From the IMG/VR virus record IMGVR_UViG_3300046517_001837: a stretch of 20,000 nucleotides of DNA; one strand, 5' to 3'. Below, in pieces: positions 14,657 to 20,000 of this stretch. The notes beneath the pieces are model-generated. The model ran no database searches. It was not told where the DNA came from and saw nothing but the letters and a program-made list of their open reading frames with translations. Each line of letters begins with the position of its first letter. Position 1 is the first letter of the stretch. Origin of the DNA: an uncultured virus (IMG/VR IMGVR_UViG_3300046517_001837) (Duplodnaviria > Heunggongvirae > Uroviricota > Caudoviricetes). Both the position numbers and the translations under genes were made by a program.

Positions 14657-16279
14657 TTACTCGTCGCCGTCTTTGTCGTCGCCGCCGGCGCCCTCGATGC
14701 CCACCTGGGTTTTGAGCGCCTCGGCCGTGCGCTCTGCATCCTTGTCGGCGTCTGCTTCGATCTCTTGCAACTCGAGATCGGTGTCGACCACGCCGAAGAG
14801 GTGCCCCACGTAATCGACGCCGCTCTTTTGGCTGAGCAGCGGCTTTCCGCCCGTGGCCGCTTGCGCGATCGACACCGTGTCTTTCACGTCCTGGCTTGTG
14901 GGCTGGAAGTACGGGGGCCACTTGAGCGTGACCGACTCGACCTCGCCCGGGTCGAGATCCGGGGTCAGCGTCTCTTTGTGCTCCATGACGACGGCGCCCA
15001 TGTCGTTCATGATCTGCAGCGCCGGCTTCGCACGCACCTTGCGCGCGACCTTGAGCACATCCTCAAGGATGCGCGTCAACGTGCTGCCGTATTGCGGGCG
15101 CAGCCGATTGCAGCGGGCGATCATGGGCGCGTATTGAAGCCGCTTGGCGGCCGCGCTCTGCGCCATCCCGCTCTTGGCCTCTTCGTCACGCGGGCGCACC
15201 ACCTGGCACTCTTCGAGGATCGACACGCGTAGCTCGCTCATGAGCTCGAGCGCGGCCTTCACGCTGCCGCCCGCGAGCTCTAGGAACTCGGCGCCGCCCG
15301 GCGAGTGGATCACCGCGCCCGACCCCTTCGTCACCGGCTGCTCGTCGTCTTCGCTCTTGATCACCAGCGTGGGGTCGACGTTGAAGGTGGTCCCTTTGGT
15401 CGTCGCGCTCAGCAGGCGGTTGTATTCGTCGAACTTGTCTTCTAGGCCCTCGTAGTCGCCGTCGCCGTCTTCCTCTTCGGAGTTGGGCAAGTTCTGCGTC
15501 CAGTAAAACGGGCAGAAGCCAAAGCCGTGATCGCCGACGAACGAGGGCGCGATCTTGTCCATCCAGTCGGGTTGCTCAGCGAGCTCGGCCGGCACGGCTT
15601 CCCACGTGATGTCGACCGACATATCCCAATAGCGGACATACCAGAAGTCTTTGACCTTCCGCTCACCGCCTTCGAACACGGGCTTCTTGAACAGGTAGGC
15701 CTTGAGCACGCGCGCGGGCAGCAGCTTCTGCCGGTTCGCCCACTCGAGCACCGTGCAGTGCTTGGCGTTGTGGACGTCCACCGCAAAGGCGTTCGCGATC
15801 ACGCCCAGGCTCAGGCAGGCGGTGCCATGCTGGCCCCCGTTGTCGCGCGCCTCGCCCATCTTCTGCGGCAACAGCATGAGCTTTGACCACTCACGCAGCG
15901 CCTTCTGCGCCGCGTCGTCGCCATCGACGTTGATCTCGGGGAAGGCGTCGCCGTCGACCGACATCTCGGTCAGGCTCGCCGTCACCAGGCGCGCGAAGCG
16001 CTTGCGCGTGCTCGGCCGCCGGCGGTCGAGCGACACGTAAAAGCCAGGCGCCATCGGCAACGGCTCAAGGCCGCCCATGCCGCGCGGCGAGCCGTTCCAG
16101 TCGTAGCGCTTGCCATCGTCCTGCGTGCCCCTGAAGTATTGCTCGAGCCGGTCCATGTAAAAGAACCGGTCGTTCTCGCAAAGCTTGCGCAGCGGCACGC
16201 GTGGCAGGAGCATCAGGGCCACTGACGCCATCGTGGAAGCCGGCGCGGGTGGCACGGTCGGAACGAGCGCTACGGACAC
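14657..16279 (-). CDS. Portal protein, SPP1-gp6-like (540 aa)
   Basis: Size and position before MuF. Motifs RLEQYFRG, HGFGFCPFYWTQN..DGDGDYEGL..KFDEYNRLLS, AQSAAAKRLQYAPM, VTLKWPPYFQP, ELQEIEAD plus an acidic tail. Start codon uncertain. Confidence 0.82.
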   Translation of the reverse strand: MSVALVPTVPPAPASTMASVALMLLPRVPLRKLCENDRFFYMDRLEQYFRGTQDDGKRYDWNGSPRGMGGLEPLPMAPGFYVSLDRRRPSTRKRFARLVTASLTEMSVDGDAFPEINVDGDDAAQKALREWSKLMLLPQKMGEARDNGGQHGTACLSLGVIANAFAVDVHNAKHCTVLEWANRQKLLPARVLKAYLFKKPVFEGGERKVKDFWYVRYWDMSVDITWEAVPAELAEQPDWMDKIAPSFVGDHGFGFCPFYWTQNLPNSEEEDGDGDYEGLEDKFDEYNRLLSATTKGTTFNVDPTLVIKSEDDEQPVTKGSGAVIHSPGGAEFLELAGGSVKAALELMSELRVSILEECQVVRPRDEEAKSGMAQSAAAKRLQYAPMIARCNRLRPQYGSTLTRILEDVLKVARKVRAKPALQIMNDMGAVVMEHKETLTPDLDPGEVESVTLKWPPYFQPTSQDVKDTVSIAQAATGGKPLLSQKSGVDYVGHLFGVVDTDLELQEIEADADKDAERTAEALKTQVGIEGAGGDDKDGDE

Positions 16280-16282
16280 GTC

Positions 16283-16609
16283 TTACCCCCTGCGCGTGGA
16301 TTCTTTGGCGTCTCGTAGGTCTTCGGCCTGCATGGGTCGATCGCTGAGCATTTCGCCTTCACCGCCCCCTTGAAGGGCGAGCTTGCGCTGGGCTTGGGCG
16401 GCGACCTTTTCCTCGGCCTCGACCTTCGTCAGCCGGGCGTCGATGTCGGCTTCGCCCTTCAGCCGCCTTTGCCAGTCGATGCGGATCGTACGCAGCTCGA
16501 CGGTGGCCTTTTCGGCGTCGCCGTGGAAGTGCTCGAACAGCACGCGTCCGAAGCGCACGGCCTCGACACCGACCTTCGCCCAGAACTCAAGCCATTCTGT
16601 GCCCATCAT
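16283..16609 (-). CDS. Hypothetical helical protein (108 aa)
   Basis: ATG 16609 in an ATGA overlap with the upstream stop; amphipathic N-terminus and charged coiled-coil-like C-terminus. Confidence 0.65.
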   Translation of the reverse strand: MMGTEWLEFWAKVGVEAVRFGRVLFEHFHGDAEKATVELRTIRIDWQRRLKGEADIDARLTKVEAEEKVAAQAQRKLALQGGGEGEMLSDRPMQAEDLRDAKESTRRG

Positions 16610-17040
16610 GATCCTGGCCCTTTCGGTGAGAGGCCCTGCCAAGTGACCTTGAGCTGCGCGAGCAATCGATCGAGCTCGCCGCTGTTGCCGGCACTATATG
16701 CGGCCTTGGCCAGTTCGTGCACGCGCACGACTTCAGTGAATTGCGCGTCGACCCGATCGCACTGCGCTCGGATGCCTGTCACCTGCGCTCGAGCGTCGGC
16801 GGCCGTGAGATCGTGGGCCTCGGCCTGCTTCGTGACCGCGTCTTGCTTGAGCAAGCACAGGTCGGTCGCGAGATCGTGTGCGGGCGGGATGCTGTCCGCG
16901 TAGAAGTCGAGCGCGGCATGGCTTAGGTCGAGTGCGCTCTTCGCGTCTTTGTTGATGGCAGCGCAGCCCTGGACGGCTTCGTACCCTGTGGCGACGACTC
17001 CCGCCCAGAGCCACAGGGAAATTGCAATTACGACGCGCAT
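16606..17040 (-). CDS. Membrane-anchored or lipoprotein-like helical protein (144 aa)
   Basis: Hydrophobic N-terminus followed by VQGC; helical body with two more Cys; AAGGGGG SD. Confidence 0.65.
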   Translation of the reverse strand: MRVVIAISLWLWAGVVATGYEAVQGCAAINKDAKSALDLSHAALDFYADSIPPAHDLATDLCLLKQDAVTKQAEAHDLTAADARAQVTGIRAQCDRVDAQFTEVVRVHELAKAAYSAGNSGELDRLLAQLKVTWQGLSPKGPGS

Positions 17041-17103
17041 GGTCTGGCCCCCTTGGATTTGGGCCAGTGTGGCGCAGTCAGCGCGGCTTAGGCAACGCGG
17101 CTA

Positions 17104-17625
17104 TTAGGCGTCGAGGGGGCAGCAGTAGCCAGCTTCCTGGCAGATCGCAGGCCACCATTCGGCCTCAGTGCCGCAAAACAGGTCCTGGAAGTACACTTGG
17201 CAGATCATCGGTGCGTCTTCGATGCTCACCGCCTCGGCATAGGTGAAGGTCTGCACCTCTACGCCATCGATCGTGGCGTACTGACCGAGATACATGCCGT
17301 AGCCGTCGTTCCAGGCCGTGGCGTTGAGTCCATCGGACTGGGTGCAGTCCACTTCTTCGCTGATGTAGTAGGGGTCGCTGAAGACCTGCCGCGCGGCGTA
17401 CGGGGCCGAGTAGGAGGCCGGGGTAAGGCCCGCCCAGCCATGCGCGAGGGATTGTGCCGAAAAGAGCTTGGTGGCGGCTGCGCGGCGCGCGAGCAGCTCA
17501 TCATGGGTGCCCGTGAACACTTCCCAGTTGACGTCGGGAAGCGTGAGGGTCCGGTCTTGTGCGCTGGCCTGCACACACAGCGCGAGAGTGACGGTGAATA
17601 CAAACAGATTTGCGAGCTTTCTCAT
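17104..17625 (-). CDS. Secreted hypothetical protein with a Cys-rich C-terminus (173 aa)
   Basis: Sec signal MRKLANLFVFTVTLALCVQASA|Q; AAGGAG SD; acidic/aromatic composition; ends ICQ..FCG..ICQEAGYCCP. Confidence 0.75.
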   Translation of the reverse strand: MRKLANLFVFTVTLALCVQASAQDRTLTLPDVNWEVFTGTHDELLARRAAATKLFSAQSLAHGWAGLTPASYSAPYAARQVFSDPYYISEEVDCTQSDGLNATAWNDGYGMYLGQYATIDGVEVQTFTYAEAVSIEDAPMICQVYFQDLFCGTEAEWWPAICQEAGYCCPLDA

Positions 17626-17698
17626 AGGTTTGGCGACTCCTTTTTCGCCTTGCCATGGTTACGCTCGCTGCCCGCGATCTCTTGATAGCGCGGGTGGG

Positions 17699-18349
17699 TT
17701 ATTTTGCAGCGCCGAAGCCCGCTACCCGCGCGAGATCATCCTGGGCGAGCTTGGCTTTGATGCGCTGGATACCGGCCTTCACGCGCACGGCGCCCCTCAG
17801 CTTTCCCACCACGTCTAGGAGGTTGTCGCGCGTGACCATGTCCAGCTTGGAGGGGTCGTCCACGTCGGCGGCCGCGAGCAGGAGCTGGCGCTTGAGCTTC
17901 GTGGGGTCTTGCGGATCTGGCAGATCGGCGGTGAGCCGAGCCCGCAAAAAGGCGTCGTCGAGCACGCGCATTACGCCGGCGGGCAGCTTGTCGTAGTCCT
18001 TCTCGCTATCGACCTGCACGAGGTCGCGCAGCTTGGGAAAGGCCACGCCACGCACGTTGCCTTTGGCGGCCTTTGCGAGCGTCTGCGCGATGATCGGGAT
18101 GTCGCCCGGCAGCTTGAGCACGCTTGAGCCGTCGTCGCCATCGATCACGGGCCAATGCTGGCTTGGCATGACGAAAAGCGTACCCGGGTCATAACGCGGG
18201 TCTCCTGTTACCTCGACGCCGTCTCTGTAGACGCGCTGGCGGAGCGGCGTCGCGTCGCCTGCCGCGTTGCGCAAACCAGCTTCCTGATCGAGCACGACTT
18301 GGAGCAGGAGAAGCGTAGCGGATGCAGCTTGATGGTAGAGGTCAGGCAT
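17699..18349 (-). CDS. Hypothetical protein (216 aa)
   Basis: AAGGAG SD overlapping the upstream stop; phage-like codon usage; no motif recognised. Confidence 0.75.
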   Translation of the reverse strand: MPDLYHQAASATLLLLQVVLDQEAGLRNAAGDATPLRQRVYRDGVEVTGDPRYDPGTLFVMPSQHWPVIDGDDGSSVLKLPGDIPIIAQTLAKAAKGNVRGVAFPKLRDLVQVDSEKDYDKLPAGVMRVLDDAFLRARLTADLPDPQDPTKLKRQLLLAAADVDDPSKLDMVTRDNLLDVVGKLRGAVRVKAGIQRIKAKLAQDDLARVAGFGAAK

Positions 18350-18363
18350 GGGTGGTGACTCCT

Positions 18364-19122
18364 TCAGGGTGTGATGCCGGTGTCTGCCAGGATCCAGGTT
18401 TGCTGCGCCGCGCGCTCTGCGGGACCGAGGTAGTCACCCAGGACAAGCGCCCTGTACCTGAACGCGGCCAGGTTTGCACCGTTTGACTGGCCGCCTAGGG
18501 AAAGGGTGTTGGCCGGCGCTGCGCCGCTGGGCGCTGTCGTGCTGGTGATGCTCACCGCAAGCGCGCTCTTGATGTACACGGCAGCCCCGGGCGAGATCCC
18601 GAGCCTGTACGACACCAGGTAGTAGGTGGCGACGTTCTGCACCTGAGCGACGCCGATACTGACGAACGCGCCCGCGGCATTGGAGACGTACAGACCCACG
18701 TTTCCCGCGCCGGCAACGTCGAATGCCAGGCCCACGCCAATCGTGGCCCCCACCGTGCGCGTGCAGACGGGCCTGCCGCCGGCCGCGGTGTTCGTCGGCG
18801 TGCACACCAGCAGGATCGAGCCGCCGTTTCCATCGTGCTCGAAGGTGTAGTAAGCGGCCGGCTTGTTGCTGACGTAGTATTCCGCGCCGGTGAAGGTTGC
18901 GCAGAGCTTGCCGCCGAAGTCCGCGTGCGCCGCCGGCACCACCACTTGGTTCGAGTTGGAGGCCTGCACGAGCTGGTGCGCCGCGTCGTTGTAGTCGATC
19001 CACGCGCTCACCTTCCCCGTGATGCCGTCCACCGCGTAGTAGTCCGCCACGAACACCGGACGGTTGAGCGCGACCGTGAGCACGTCGCCGAATGGGGTGA
19101 TCGGGTTTCGGTCGAAGTTCAT
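18364..19122 (-). CDS. LamG/ConA-like beta-sandwich protein, paralog A; possible tail/receptor-binding protein (252 aa)
   Basis: GKVSAWID..HQLVQAS...P...FGGK.CATFTG N-terminal pattern, TLSLGG, and a C-terminal helix ERAAQQTWILADTGI resemble phage LamG-like proteins. Confidence 0.6.
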   Translation of the reverse strand: MNFDRNPITPFGDVLTVALNRPVFVADYYAVDGITGKVSAWIDYNDAAHQLVQASNSNQVVVPAAHADFGGKLCATFTGAEYYVSNKPAAYYTFEHDGNGGSILLVCTPTNTAAGGRPVCTRTVGATIGVGLAFDVAGAGNVGLYVSNAAGAFVSIGVAQVQNVATYYLVSYRLGISPGAAVYIKSALAVSITSTTAPSGAAPANTLSLGGQSNGANLAAFRYRALVLGDYLGPAERAAQQTWILADTGITP

Positions 19123-19823
19123 GGCGCGATCCCTGTGTCCTGCTGGATGTAGCTATATACTGCCGCGTCCTCTTGAGCCCCGAGATCAGGTGTCACGATC
19201 AGGAGATGGCGCACACGCGCTTTCAGTGGCAGCGAATCGTTTGAACTGCGCGCGCCAAAGCTCAGCGAAGAAGAGGTGTTGATGTTGTTATTTAGAAGTG
19301 CGCCAGTCTCGGCCGCGATTCCGTTCTTTTTCATATAGCGCCGCGGGTCATATGCCGAGACTGCTACCACCACGCTGCCCGCGACATTGGTGGTGAACGC
19401 GGTTGAGACGCCAAGAAACGCTGACCCTCCCGAGCGAAAGAGAGCCCAGCGAACCACGTTCGTCGCCGATAGCTCATTTGTTGCGCCGCCGGAACCGGTG
19501 TTGTCGGTCTCCCAGATCAGCTGGGCCGCGCCCGCGGCGGTGACTGTCAGCGTTGAGTAGGCGCGACTCGGCCCGTTCACAAGATAGTTCCAAGACACCG
19601 CTGTGCGATTCGACTGATACCAGCGCGCAGCCGTGGCGCCGTCGAACGTTGCGCAGAGCTTGCCGCCGAAGTCCGCGTGCGCCGCCGGCACCGCCACCTG
19701 CCTGGCATTCAAGGTCTGCGCGAGCTGGTGCGTGACGTCGTTGTAGTCGATCCACGCGCTCACCTTCCCCGTGATGCCGTCCACCGCGTAGTAGTCCGCC
19801 ACGAACACCGGACGGTTGAGCGC
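18896..19823. repeat. Direct repeat blocks shared by paralogs A and B (offset 752 bp)
   Basis: 18896-18940 = 19648-19692 (45 bp identical) and 18984-19071 = 19736-19823 (88 bp identical), separated by a diverged 43-bp patch. Confidence 0.95.
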
Positions 19824-19877
19824 CATGATCAGGATCTGGCCGAAGATGCCGCGCGGGCTTCGGGTGCCGATGCTCAT
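19119..19877 (-). CDS. LamG/ConA-like protein, paralog B (252 aa)
   Basis: N-terminal ~75 aa nearly identical to paralog A; YMKKNG, LSFGARS, AVYSYIQQDTGI; ATGA overlaps on both sides. Confidence 0.6.
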   Translation of the reverse strand: MSIGTRSPRGIFGQILIMALNRPVFVADYYAVDGITGKVSAWIDYNDVTHQLAQTLNARQVAVPAAHADFGGKLCATFDGATAARWYQSNRTAVSWNYLVNGPSRAYSTLTVTAAGAAQLIWETDNTGSGGATNELSATNVVRWALFRSGGSAFLGVSTAFTTNVAGSVVVAVSAYDPRRYMKKNGIAAETGALLNNNINTSSSLSFGARSSNDSLPLKARVRHLLIVTPDLGAQEDAAVYSYIQQDTGIAP

Positions 19878-20000
19878 GGCGCGATCCCTGTGTCCTGCTG
19901 GATGTAGCTATATACTGCCGCGTCCTCTTGAGCCCCGAGATCAGGTGTCACGATCAGGAGATGGCGCACACGCGCTTTCAGTGGCAGCGAATCGTTTGAA
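19874..20000 (-). CDS. 3' end of a third paralog (C), truncated by the window edge
   Basis: 127 bp identical to 19119-19245 (3' end of paralog B), with the same stop/start overlap. Confidence 0.7.
   Translation of the reverse strand, partial: SNDSLPLKARVRHLLIVTPDLGAQEDAAVYSYIQQDTGIAP

Noticed and set aside
13574..15232. 552-aa plus-strand ORF
   Set aside because: Antisense shadow of the MuF and portal genes.
1..16279. Tailocin, eCIS or gene transfer agent instead of a phage
   Set aside because: Portal, MuF, scaffold and capsid exclude a headless system, and anti-defence plus moron-like cargo favours a true phage. Prophage status cannot be judged from this window.
18896..20000. Diversity-generating retroelement (TR/VR pair)
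   Set aside because: A/B mismatches are not adenine-specific and lie at the N-terminus, the B/C repeat has no mismatches, and no reverse transcriptase is present in the window.

Overview
A high-GC tailed phage or prophage segment, with every credible gene on the minus strand. In transcription order (right to left) it contains: a tandem array of at least 3 LamG/ConA-like paralogs sharing identical DNA blocks; several small secreted or membrane genes; the portal; a MuF/SPP1-gp7-like minor head protein lacking the usual cysteines; a ~3.5 kb accessory island (duplicated promoter-leader, two lipoproteins including a HExxH peptidase, a DNA amino-methyltransferase); three probable virion accessory genes; the scaffold; the major capsid protein; an acidic protein; neck genes interrupted by a Tad1-like anti-defence gene; a tail-completion gene; and a contractile tail sheath that runs off the left edge and is missing from the ORF track. 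No terminase or prohead protease is visible. 'DAG'-repeat lipoprotein linkers hint at a Myxococcota host (inference). The main points of interest are: Tad1 inside the neck operon; a structured 3'-UTR after the capsid gene carrying an 11-nt perfect antisense to the RBS regions of both the scaffold and Tad1 genes; related terminators around the head genes; a duplicated promoter-leader cassette; and the mosaic lectin-domain array. All family calls are by-eye motif recognition plus synteny; no searches were run.
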